A stretch of DNA of 62,183 nucleotides, counting the filler, from Perkinsus olseni (lineage: Eukaryota): the NCBI GenBank assembly GCA_013115125.1. It is 5 parts of 5 records of this genome, joined end to end, with 100 filler letters (N's around TTAATTAATTAA, not from the genome) between each part and the next. Parts side by side here need not be neighbours in the genome. Positions count along the whole stretch, not along the records: positions 25,049 to 37,414 come from JABANN010000795.1; positions 37,515 to 49,800 come from JABANN010000797.1; 3 more parts are not named here. One strand, 5' to 3'. The position numbers were made by a program, and so were the translations under genes. Shown piece by piece: positions 37,008 to 49,045 of this stretch (within the stretch, counting starts at the first letter, position 1; each line of letters opens with the position of its first letter). The notes beneath the pieces were generated by a model. It saw only the letters and a list, made by a program, of their open reading frames with translations. It was not told the DNA's origin and ran no database searches.

Positions 37008-40000
37008 CCGAGTCGAATAAAACGATAAAGACTAACGCTCAGGCCGAACTGACAAGCCAATTGGAGTACAATTGTCTGGGACGACGGACTCCTGCTACGT
37101 CAGATCTCACAGAACGCTTCTCTCGCTCTCGATTCAGCCAAACCTGCTAGGGCCAGGCTAGCAAAGCCTCCCTTGAGCGTGGCGGCAGCACTGTGCTCCG
37201 CATGCATCAGTTGTGTGCATAAGAAGCAGAAAGGGACTTTACTGCAACCCTAAACGCAACTTCAACTCAGTTCAACGCACACAGAAAAATACAAGAAAAC
37301 GCACCGGAGGGCGAATCGAACGCCTGCGCCCCCCGACGCCCGGCATTTTCGGGCGCGCGCCAAGAATTTTCTTAGACGAGGCAAGATTTCTCTTGCCTCT
37401 TCAATAGTTTTCTTNNNNNNNNNNNNNNNNNNNNNNNNNNNNNNNNNNNNNNNNNNNNTTAATTAATTAANNNNNNNNNNNNNNNNNNNNNNNNNNNNNN
37501 NNNNNNNNNNNNNNCCGAGCGTTACAACACGCGACCAATGTAAATCTCGCTCGCCCTAAAATAGGCTCGCGTCATAGGTCTACAACACATCAATTTCCCT
37601 CTGGCGCCGATACTGCGGCGTCTGCTAATGCCAAGGCTACCAACTCCGGTCAGAAGGCTGAGAAGACAACAGCCGCAGTCATAGTGGATGAAGCAACATG
37701 CGCGGCGGAGCTTGTCAACGCCATCACTCTGGAGTTCCCTGACGATTCTCCGTTGTCAACAGTCACGGCAAGCGCTACTACGCAAGATGGGGAGGGGCTG
37801 GAGAATAGGCCTTCGGCATTAACAGCAGAATTCATCTTCCAACAATCAGGAGATCTGCAAGCTCATAATCTGTTATCATTAATCGACACCGGTTCTACAG
37901 CCGATTTGATCTCATTAGAAAGTGTTCTCAATGCTGGCTTTGTCGTCTCTCCATGGACTGGTTCCTACGGCACGATTCGTATGACTGAATCCTCGGCGAT
38001 GCTACAACCGTGCGGAACGGTTAGTCTGGTGGTTTCTACTCCGAAGGCAAATGCTACCTGTACCTTCTATGCAGTCCCTCGGTTAACCTACCCAGTGATA
38101 CTGGGAGTCCGCTCCTTAAGCAGGCTCGGTATCGGGATTCAATATCACCCACTAAGCTTCAAGCCCGTGGTGACTAGTGGGAATACTTTGCATGATAACA
38201 TTCTACAACCTCATACCATTGAACCACACCCACCACAAGATGCAGTCGAAGAATCTGTAAATCTTATTGTGCATGACCAAGACAAAACATCACCTATTCT
38301 ATCATCTATGGTTGAACAGAACTTTGAGGATAAGATGCCTATTGAAATCATAACAGCTGAAGGCACGGACAAGTCCAAGCCCACTTCCTCCTTTCAACTG
38401 CGAGATTTACCCTGGATTTCGGATGCTAGACCTCGGCCGAACCTGGGTGAAGCGATAGCTCGGTCCCGGTCACTAGAGAGGCAACTACCAGTCTATCAGA
38501 GAGCCCTTCTACAAGGAACTTTTCAGGATTTACTTAGCAGCCGGGTGCTACAAGTTACTTCGCCGTCTGAGTTGAGGTACTTTCTGCCAGTCCGGCCGGT
38601 GTATAAAAGGGGTGCGGGTACCTCTTTAGCTGTAACTGTACGTCTAACGGTGGATGGGAGAAAAATCAATGGGTTTCTCCGAGCTGGTTCAGCAGATTCA
38701 TCATCGTCGATCGCCCATTGTTTGACAATATGGAGGACAAGCCCCTTCTACCGGTCTCTAGACTTATCATCCGCTTTCCATGGGGTATCGTTGTCGGAGG
38801 AAGCTCAGAAGTACTGCGGCCTAGCCCTGTTTGGGGTGGTGGCGCGATGGTTGAGGATGCCATTCGGTATCCGAAACGCACCTGCCACACTCTTCCAGGT
38901 ATTGTCAACCTTACTGAGCACCATTAAGATGGAATGGCCGCCGACAATGTATGTGGACGACTTGGGGGTTATTGCTCGAACTATAGAAGAGCTTGACCAC
39001 AACGAGAGTACTATTGTACAGACTGTCCAAGCTGGCGGTTTCAACTTCCAGGACAAGAAACGGGTCTGCTCAGTTGAATCCTGTGGGGAGTTTGGCCAAT
39101 TAGGTTACAGATGGAGGCTGGCCGATGCTGTTCCGCATCGTGAGGATACCGTATTATGCAAACTCTCGTCTCGACTGTGCTCAGAAGAGAGCTTTGGATG
39201 TTTAACTACAAGATCACTAATGGCACTACTACCCACAATATATATGATCCCCTGGGTATATTCCTTCACCATTCTATCGCTGCTCGATTGTTGCTATCGT
39301 CAGTTCGAGACCAGAATGGTTCGTCTAATCTGGATAGAACCATCACTGACAAGCAGACTGAGGAGTTCGAGAACTGGGTAGAAGATTATCGACAACCACA
39401 GAGGCTCACCCACGGTACCTGAATCCGCATCGTTTGTATACGTATGCTGATGCTTCATCCCGGGCGTGGGCGGCGGTAATCTATGCTACTCCAGGATCGG
39501 CAGACGAAGGGGAGTCGACAACAGCCGTCTATCCTCTGAGGGGCATAGGCGGCATTGTGACACAGGATATGAAGTCCTGGTCCACACCCAAATTGGAATT
39601 GTATGCATTATATCGAGCATGTGTATTATTAAGGGAAGTAATTCAATCCCTTATTCCGCTGCATCAAGTGGATTTACAGGAGTGGCAGGTCTTCTCGGAT
39701 AGTGCCATTACGGTGTATCGCTTGAAGACTGGAGGTCATAAAGTATCCCCTGTCGAAGCTAAATGGTTGGGATATATAAGAAGATTTTGCCAAGAATTCC
39801 GCATTAAGGTGTATCATATTCAATCCCACATGAATCTGGCGGATGGCCCATCTAGGGGAGTATCACCACCGCCTCCTACTCACCCATCACGGTTGCTGCA
39901 AACACTTCAAGCATTGTCTGACGGGCGAAGTCTGGTGACCTTCGACCCTGAAGATCAAGGTCCAGGTCCTGCCCAAGCACAAGCTACCTTAGGGGGTCTA

Positions 40001-40913
40001 AATGAATGTGCAGCCGTGGATGGGGTTGGTCTTGAGGATGATCAAGAAGTGCCACTGGGTGACGCCATACATGTGGACGCCAATGACTTGAAGCGCCATC
40101 AAGATCAATCTATGTTAGCCAGAGCCATTATTGGGTTTCTTGGCGGAATACAGAGCGACAAGCAGTCATTGCCAAGGAGCTTACTCGAACGCGAAGCTCC
40201 ACTGTATTCTCTGCAAGAAGGGATACTCTACCGTGCAACTTATGATTCTGCTAAAGTTGCTCTATTTCCATCTGAGGACCCTTCCTTTGTTGATAAACTG
40301 ATCGATGCTGTGCATGAGAGGCTAGGCCATGCAGGTCCGTCAAAGTTGGTACAGGTCTTCACTAGCAGGTATTATGCTCCTAAACTGGCTACACTGGTCA
40401 GGAAGAGGCTGAAGACCTGTGACTGCTGTCAACGAATTAATGCGAGGAGACAACACCAGAAAACGTGGAGCAGGGTTACAATGAGAGGCATGAAGCCATT
40501 CCAAGTTTTTGGATTGGACCATATGATCATGATAGACGGCAGGGACGAGACTGATGGTCGCACTGCCCCATATAAAGCAATTCTAACTTTGACATGTGGT
40601 GTGTCATCCTTTACTATATGTCGAGCTGTGAAGACTTGTACTGTTAAGGAGACGATTAGCTAGTTATCACTGGTATTTTCGGATATTGGCTATCCTACCT
40701 GTTTAGTGGTGGATGGTTATGGCCAGAACAGCCCGTGGACAAGCTCTACACAAACTCGACAGCTTAAACAATGGGCTGCGAGATACGGAATCTATGTAGC
40801 GGTACTGCCACCACATGGACAAGGATATCAGGGATGGTTTGAGCGCCCTCATCAGAAAATAAGACGTATTCTACAGGCTAATGCTGTCTGTGGAGAGGAC
40901 ACAGCGTCATGGC

Positions 40914-40969
40914 CATCTCAATTACCTAATAGGTAATGGAGATGAATCATAGGTAATACCTATGATTCA
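40914..40969. other. Putative hAT excision footprint (8-mer TTACCTAT) frameshifting the integrase
   Basis: TTACCTA + ATAGGTAA-TGGAGATG-AATC-ATAGGTAA + TACCTAT. Collapsing to one 8-mer restores 'WPSQLPMIQLSINSLPY'. Confidence 0.8.
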
Positions 40970-41693
40970 GCTGTCGATTAACTCCTTGCCTTATGCGTCT
41001 ACATCTAATTTGTCTCCGATGTCCATGGTCTACACAAATCATGGTAGGTTGCCCGGTGAAGTTCTAGCTGAACAAGATCGGGACTCTATATTATGAGCTG
41101 TCCGACATCTCTTCTCGGACACGGAGATGGAATTTGTGAGTCGCCTGCATCAACAAGCGTCAGAAGATGTTAAGTTGAGATTCCAAGAATACGAGGAATA
41201 CTGGCAGCGGTCGAGAGCTATGTACCAGGCGGCGTTTCAACGCAGGTATGGAGCACGTCCATCGCAGGATATAGCGATCGGGGATATGGTGCTAGTGTTT
41301 GCCCCGAGTGGAGAACGAGCTCTACCAGATTTCTGCGGACCTTTCAAAGTGGCAGAGCATGTATCATCTAACATCTGCCGCATTGAACCGCTGAATGACA
41401 GGCCCTATCTCGGTGGTCATTCGACTGGGCGTGATGTAAGTTCAACCCAGTACTATTCCAACTTGGTACGTTATTACCCAAGAGAAGATGATGAATGCGC
41501 CCCTATTAGTTGGATCCAATGCTCAAAGTGCGAGGCTTGGCACAAAGTAGACTCCCTTATCTACAATAGATTCCGCAACAAGCGAGCGACATTTTACTGC
41601 AGATTTGTCGGTAAGCGTTGCGGACGGGTGGCCCAGGCCACAAGTGGTGAATGATGGTATCACCATGATGATGAGGATGTATGGCCTGTGAAG

Positions 41694-42079
41694 CGTGCTA
41701 TGCCAGCATAGTACATACGCAATNNNNNNNNNNNNNNNNNNNNNNNNNNNNNNNNNNNNNNNNNNNNNNNNNNNNNNNNNNNNNNNNNNNNNNNNNNNNN
41801 NNNNNNNNNNNNNNNNNNNNNNTAGTGTCTATCTATCACAGTGTCATATCAGTGTCTGTCTATTACATTGTCATTTCGTCATTTATCTGTGATGTCCATA
41901 GTCTTGTCGACAATAAAGTCTCGTGGACGACTTCCTCGTGCTATGCCAGCATAGTACATACGCAATAGTGTCTATCTATCACAGTGTCATATCAGTGTCT
42001 GTCTATTACATTGTCATTTCGTCATTTATCTGTGATGTTCATAGTCTTGTCGACAATAAAGTCTCGTGGACGACTTCCT
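41694..42079. repeat. 143-bp tandem repeat inside the putative LTR, spanning an N gap
   Basis: CGTGCTATGCCAGCATAG starts at 41694 and 41937. Each unit carries AATAAA. Copy number is hidden by gap 41724-41822. Confidence 0.8.
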
Positions 42080-42682
42080 CCCTTGCTGTCTTTAGACTGG
42101 CGTCGCTCGGGCGGCAGTGTCGCTATCGTGATGCATAGAGGAATCTCAAGAACGCAAGTGCCCACCTCGGGCAGCGTGTTTGGATAGACAACTAGTCGTT
42201 ATTATCACTCTATCTATTATTACCATAAACTGTCAATGGAAGGTCAGCCTGGAGTTGATAGTGAGAAGCCCAGCGGCGATAATCCATCTATTACGAGGCC
42301 AGAGAACGATGACTCTAACGGCACTCGTCAAAACGAGCTCCCGTTTCGTGTTGGTTGAAGGTTTAGAATGTGCTTCTGTTTTCTGGCGGTTCTCTCGACT
42401 TGTTGGGTGTGTTGTGATTGCTGATTAGCATCAGGGGAACGTTCGAAACTATAGTATACCGTCTGGCTGAAGGGCGTTAACTGCTAGATGACAGAGAAGC
42501 TAGAACAAGTCACATGCGGTGCGCCACGCGTTGACAGTGGGCTCTGCATCTCCCTAGTCCGCATCATTACTCTGCCTATTGTCAGTTTTATAGATTTTCT
42601 TGTGATTTTATGGCTCTTCGTTCTAAGGACGCTGATTTTGAGTACTTTTGCGCCCAGGCCAAGTCCTTGATGGGTAGTACTA

Positions 42683-45600
42683 ATGGCAGCATCGTCCGAG
42701 CGACTGGAATACCCGACGCTCGTGAATGACGTGTCAGCTTCTCAATAAGTTGAGTGTAATACTTGGAGGCTATTGCGTGTTACACTGATAGGTAACGACT
42801 TGGATCAAGACTGGCTTCTGGAGATGTGGAGTGGAGCGGACGGTGATCTCAATAGAGCTTTGAATCATGTACTGCCGAGTCCACGATGCCGCCGAATAAG
42901 CTTATGAAGGAGAGCCTTATTCTTAGGTTCTAGACTCTCCCGAAGATAAGATAAAGAGAACTGGCGGTGGGCATAAGTGAGGGATTGCCAATGGCTGACC
43001 CTGCATTGATCGCTTCGGCCTCAGGTCGAGCAGTGCTGCGGCCCCTCCCCCTCCGCCTCCGAAGAGCCCTAAGAAAAAGAAGCATCATAAGACTTCTGCT
43101 CCTCCCCCTCCCCCTGCACCTGCACCTGCTTGGGATGACGAGTAAGACTTGTAGTTCACCCTGTATACGGCACGCTAATGGAATGGAACATGTTGCTTCT
43201 GAGTTCTGTCCTCGGATTATCGCGGTCGAGAGGCTAACACCTGATCTATGACAGATATGAAGACCCATTCTTCCAAACCCCAGTACCAGCAGCTCCCCCT
43301 GCAGCTCCTGCTCAAGCGGCTCCCCCACCACCGCCACAACCACAGCAGCAGCAGCCGCCGCCGCAGCCGGCACCACCAGCTACGGTAGTTCCCCGGGAGG
43401 GCAGCTTAGATCGGATTGAACGATGTATTTCTAGGCTCCTGCCATGCAACAAGGCTATCAGCAGCAACCGATGCCACAGCAACCAGGATACCCTCCGCAG
43501 CCGCAGATGATGCCATCACAGCCAGTAATAGATCGTGGAATGCTAGTCCATTATGAGCCATGCGTGGCATGGCTACTGAATGTCAGGGAATGTATTATAC
43601 TGGGCTTCAACACCCCATGAATACTATGCCAAATATGTCGATGCCACCCCAGACGGTGCCAGGGATGATGACCATGCCAGTATGAACCTTCTATAACCCG
43701 CTCTCTACTAGGCTCGCAATTCAGCAACACTCTAGTCCCGTGCACTCGTCGCTAAGAACGGGAGGCTTTGTGTCTATTCTTGTATCTCCGAGCTATCTGT
43801 TGTGACTTAAGCGGTTATAGACCTCGATTGTGCATGCTCTCATGAAGTGAAATCTTCTCAGACACAACCTGCCATGGGGCCACCAAGCACGATGCCGGCC
43901 CAGCAGCAGCCCATGGGTCCGATGAATCCTCAGGGCTTGCAGACCCAACAGCAGATGATGTTCGTAAGAGGCCTGGTTGTCGTGACTAATTATCATTGTG
44001 CATACTCTCCCCGTAAATGCTATTCTGGCTTCGCTAGTACGTTATTGCTCCTCCTTTTCAGATTCAGTCCCAGCAACAGCAGCTACTGGTCAATTTGAAG
44101 TACCAGTTAGATACGGTAATAGAGCTCATCTCGGGTGTTAATGTGTCGTAGAGCCGCGGGAGTGTCTGCTCGTCTGTCCTATTGGTGGTGCATTGTCTTT
44201 ACCCGCTCTGCATCGTCAGTCAATCTGGTGGCTCAACTTCGATCTCTCTTTGCGACTCACTTCATGAATTATGTATGGTTGGTCAGGTCCTCGCCAATCC
44301 GGCTATGCTGCAGAACCCGATGCTAATGCAGCAGTTGTACGATACCATGTCTGTGAGTGGAATATTCATTCTCTGCCAGGGTATCGTTGATGGGTGTGTT
44401 GTCTCAGAATGCCCTGGAAGCGCCAGCTACAACTCTTCATCTTTCGGAAAAGGCTCGCCAGAATGAGCAGACGGCGCAGTTCATACAGATGATGCAGGTA
44501 GTATTAGGATTATGGCTCTTCGTCACCAGATTTTCGAGGTATTCTCGCTATTGCTGAAATAATGGGATCCGTGTTATGAATCATACCTCATTATGATCAA
44601 CTTTGCCAACACGGCCGTACGACTGCACGTTTAGGAAAAGCACCGGCGGCCCAGCTCAGTGATCTGTTCAGTCAAATTTGATTCGTCGCGATTGTCTATC
44701 TTACTTGTTATGCAGATGTCAGGCGGACGGCGTTTTTTCTGATAAGATGATACCCTGTACGTTCAGGCACAGATATCGCAGATGCTGGGTAATCCGCAGG
44801 TGGCGGCTAATCCTCAGCTCTTACAACACCTCAACACGCAAATGAATCAGCTGCGACTGATCACTATGCAACATGTAGGATGGGTGCGACGCGAGGACGA
44901 TGTCACAAGGCTGTTATATCTCTTTCTTCGCGGACTCCGTTGTAGCCCATCTCGAGGTCATGATGCTTCAGGTTGCATCGCAGAATATGCTGGCTAACCC
45001 CGCAACGTCTCTTAGCTTAACATCGCCTCTGCTGGATAAGAGTCTGGGCTTCATGTCTACACCTGATCTCAAGGAAGCTTTAGCAGGTAGTTCTGTCGGC
45101 CGTCTACGCTCATAAATAGCGTTCTGTCAGATCTGTCCGATTCGGATGACGAAGATGAGGAGTCGGACGGTGAGTGGTGGAAAGGAAAGTCGAGCTCCAG
45201 CAAGAAGTCTAAGAAGCCTGTAAGCCAAGGGACACTGTCAGTGGACGGCGACCGCTTCATGGCCTCTCTGTTCAGGATTCTACACCCGATTTGTCCGCCA
45301 CAAACCCGTTCAATGAGCCGGAGGGCGAGGATGAAGTGGATGATGAGATAGCGGCCAAGAAGAAGGATCGTAAGTCATTCGACAGTCTGTGCAGGGTTCG
45401 CCCCTGCTTGTGGTCTTGATGAGGGGCCTTCACGTGTAAAAAAGTGACTATGGGGCTCAGGTCGGAAGGGTAAGAAGCGTACATCATCAGCGAAGAAGAT
45501 TGACAAACTCATACGCAAGATAGGATTGGGCCAAGCCCCTGTTGTAGCCACAGGTAAATTAGAGTCCCAACAGTAGGCGTGATTTGAGCGTTCCGAGCAG

Positions 45601-45743
45601 GCCAGCCGCAGAGTAGCGGTATGATGATGCCCCAGACCACCCCAATGGGCGGGTACTACCCCGGTTACAATGGCCTATCGCAGCAAGGGCTGCCCACAAC
45701 TTCGAACATGATGTATCCGAGAACTACCGGATACATGATTTAG
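42683..45743 (+). CDS. Pro/Gln/Met-rich multi-exon protein with a possible N-terminal CUE/UBA-like domain
   Basis: Exon 'DLDQDWLLEMWSGADGDLNRALNH..LD' resembles CUE. It is followed by P/Q/M-rich exons and an acidic/basic C-terminal region; stop at 45743. Confidence 0.6.
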
Positions 45744-47014
45744 TTCGAAAGAGCGGTCGCAGTTGAACTGAGTTATAGTAGTCGTGTAGTTGTTCCTGCG
45801 TTCCCGAAGTTGTATTAGTATAATAGCAAGGCGAAGTACACTTCATCAGCTTACATTCATCACTCAGCCTAAGTGACGCGGTATATCAATGAAGGCGAGG
45901 CTGCCTTTTTCATCGATCGATCGAGTTTGGTTCAGTGGTTGTAATATGCGACTCTATGTCAATGCATGCCTAGTCTTCGGGATCGTGGTGTTCCATGCCG
46001 GTCATTGTTCTCATCAGAATAAATTGTGAGGAGCTGAGACGGGGATTTTTTGAAGATGGAGTATGGGACGGATTCTGAAGTCGGGGGCATCTTCCTGAAT
46101 GGCACACCAGCTGGACGCGACGATACTCGTGTCCTGCCGAGTGTCAGATCTTGCCAATTCTCGTCGCTCTGACTATAGGCCTCAATCTTCCGAGTTGGAG
46201 AAGTCCGAGTCTGTAATAAAAACAATGCAACACGTGAAAATGAGGCGACTACGCCACATGCAGGAATAAGGCCACTATGAAACTTTCAGAAATGAGGCTA
46301 TCGTCGCGCGTGGCGTATGAACAGTTTCAACTCAGAAACATCAGAGTTAGAAAATAAGTCATTTTCCACAAGAAGATGGGCGGCAGCCGGCGACATTCGT
46401 TCATGAGTGCTTCAATCACACCGCGCCACTTTGCATAGTGCTCTCATTCATGCGTGTTACATTTATTTAGCTTCAGACTGCATAAGCAAGTACGGAGCTC
46501 CGGTGAAAGTTTTCGTGCACATCAGACCTCAAAGATGGTCATACGCTCTCTTTATAATCCTGGTCAGTATCTTGTTGTGAGGAAATGTCTCCACCTCCCA
46601 GCTCAATCCAACTCAATAATGTGTGGATTATGGAAGACAATATCAACCCGAGGAAGTGACGCTAAGTTACGACGTACACTTGTCACTACGCCTAACACTG
46701 AGATCACTTGAGTAGGCTATATTTCATGAAAACGATGATAATGCTGTCTGCCGAAGCAGTTAAACCTCATATACGGATTAAAGGCGACCATTTGAGGGTC
46801 AAAATTGCACGAAACCGCGAGTGGATCAGAGAAGTAGAAGTATACCGGTAATCGCTTTCGTAGAATGGCGAGCTCACTGGCATGGTCTGACTGTGACAGC
46901 GGTCAGCCGATGTTCTGGGTCAACACGAAGCTCCGTCACTTTCCCGGCAACTAACGAGCCTCGAATAGTTGTACTGGCTGGACCCCACAACTTGAAGCTG
47001 ACATCCCAATGGCA

Positions 47015-47031
47015 GGGCCAACTTGGCCAAG
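47015..47031. other. Putative hAT excision footprint (8-mer GGGCCAAG), in-frame +9 nt
   Basis: GGGCCAA + CTT + GGCCAAG; gives 'AWPSWPC' where 'AWPC' is expected. Confidence 0.6.
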
Positions 47032-49023
47032 CAGGGAATAGCAAGATGCCCTCGTTTTCGTCATCCATTGGTTGTAGTAGCATGTAGGTCAAGGCATTGT
47101 TCATGACGGCATACTGATCGGCCCAGGGTGGATAATCCTGTAAATGGGGAGCGAAGACAGAGAATCGATAGCCCTTAGCCGATGGATACTTGGCCCGGGA
47201 CACCACCATGGACTGGGCTTCTTTTGCCAAACCAAGGAGAACGGCGTCCATCACGTTCTGGTTCCATCCCTCGTCCGAAGTAAAACGACGTTCGCTGAAG
47301 GTAATCCTTCCCATAGATAGGAGTTCTTCAGACGACTTACTCGTGATGTAACGGTAAGGGTGAACAGCATAAAGGTCAGCGTTCTCGACATTAGTAGGGG
47401 TAGGCGTACAGACCTCGCAGGGAGCCAACTTAGTTCCGCCATTTTTACTTTTGGTTGTGGGAACGGTTGGTAGAATGGATAGGAGCTTCTTCCATCTAGC
47501 CCGTTGCTCCGGTTGAGTGATATCAGAAGGCAGTTTGACGAGTCGTGTAACAACAGCCAATAGACCAGAGATGGTGGGATGGTCATTCATAGAACAGTTA
47601 GTACCAGCGACCATGTCCTTGTAACCAGGACATTGCCAGGTTTCGATAGACTGTGTTGGGAAGAGCACCATCTTGCCGCGAGAGTCCCTATGAGTTCTCC
47701 ATTGGGAGAAGAAATTGACGACGGCATCCATCAAGGGTAGGTTGGCCTTCATAACTTCGATATCCTTAGTCTAAGCGTAATGGTCCAACATGAGAAGGCT
47801 GAGATCTAGCGCACCTTGTTGGAGGTTGTAGTGATTCCATCGGTCCTCGGCGTAGTACCAAATCGGCGGGTCTGACCTGCCCGCTCGTCCACAGCCATAA
47901 TAACTCTGTGGATGTGTGGTACCGATCAATGGGTGCACGTACTCATCCCGGAAGGCAACTGGGCCCTTCATGTCCGGGTAGTACAGAGTCGTCTTTGCCA
48001 CGGCGCCGGTCAGAGTGTTCATATACGATTCGAATAAAGTCTGCTGCATCGAGAAATCCCCAGCCACAAGCATGTTGTAGTACGGTAAACGCACATTTTG
48101 CCACCAATTCAAGCCTCCCCACTGACGGAAGTCGGGATCCTCCCGTTGTGCAGTGAAGAGCATACCATTGAACTTGAGCGGGAGTGGTTGTCGAGTTTGA
48201 GTGGCCTGAATGTAACGGTGGAGGGCATATTTCTCATTCACCAGCGGAGCGTTCGGACCGGAGATGTTAATCCAACTCTTACTCCAGAAGCCTCTCCACC
48301 AAGCCACATGACGTTCCCATGCCGGTCCCACCGCGTAGGTATTCAAAATAGCTTCAGCATCCGCGATGGCCTCCGACACAGATCCCTCTTCTATCGTGAC
48401 AACAGAGATAAAGCTCGTGAAGGTGTGGCGATGAACGGGCGCCTTGGTTCGGACAACTCCCTCCGACACCCCGCTAACCGGCTCAGAGAATCTCCAAATG
48501 GCAACGGTAGACCTGTCTTTCAGCCTATCCATGAAACTGCTGGCCGCTGAAATCAGGTTCAACTGTTTCAAAGTCTGATCCACGAAGTTGGTGCCGTTGT
48601 TCCAGTGTGCCCACCCGATAATCCCATCATTGGCGTGAGACACATAGAAATCCGCGCTTATGTCGTAGGTGACACAGTCGAAATCTGGTTTCTTCTTTGA
48701 CGGGGATGGTCGCGGAAGTTCTGCTGTGGCAGTGGCGCTCACTTTAGTTGGGGAGCTGATGTTCACGACCAGGATGTCGTGGTTGGCATCGACGTACGCA
48801 ACGATCCGGATAGGAGGGTCTCCAATATCGATCAAGACAGTGTCGGTGCTGGCGTTCAGCACCTACACACAATTACAAGAATTAGGCAGTGAATTCGTAA
48901 GGGCCGCTTCCTGCCAGGAAGGCTATGACTCACCTGCTTGAAGGGTGTCGAGGCTCCTGAAGTCCACGGACTTGGCGAAATATTAAAAGTGACCTTCCCG
49001 ACTTTCATGAGCTCGCCGGCTTC

Positions 49024-49045
49024 GTTCCAACTTGGAACTTCCAAG
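49024..49045. other. Putative hAT excision footprint (8-mer GTTCCAAG), +14 nt frameshift
   Basis: GTTCCAA + CTTGGAAC + TTCCAAG, exact. Collapsing it restores 'DQRAWNEAGELMKVG'. Confidence 0.82.

Larger units (their letters stand above)
37515..42228 (+). mobile_element. Decayed BEL/Pao-like LTR retrotransposon (PR-RT-RNaseH-IN-zfCW plus putative 3' LTR; gag and 5' LTR lost in the gap)
   Basis: Protease 'LIDTGS'; RT 'RMPFG', 'YVDDL'; 'IYDPLG'; RNase H 'YADAS..AWAAVIY', 'TPKLELYA', 'FSDS'; integrase HHCC, 'GLDH', 'VVDG', 'QGWFER', 'GPFKV'. Frameshifts near 39240, 39400 and 40930; stops at 40661 and about 41095. Confidence 0.9.

Noticed and set aside
39236-39246. Frameshift between RT and RNase H as programmed frameshifting
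   Set aside because: Explained by an extra TA in an ATATAT run within a copy that has several other lesions.
47771-47773. In-frame TAG as possible readthrough or recoding
   Set aside because: The same gene has a frameshift, and other genes in the window end at TAG, so pseudogenisation is simpler.
49031-49038. 8-nt GT...AG segment (minus strand) whose removal would restore the frame
   Set aside because: Far too short for a spliceosomal intron here; better explained as the inverted part of the footprint.
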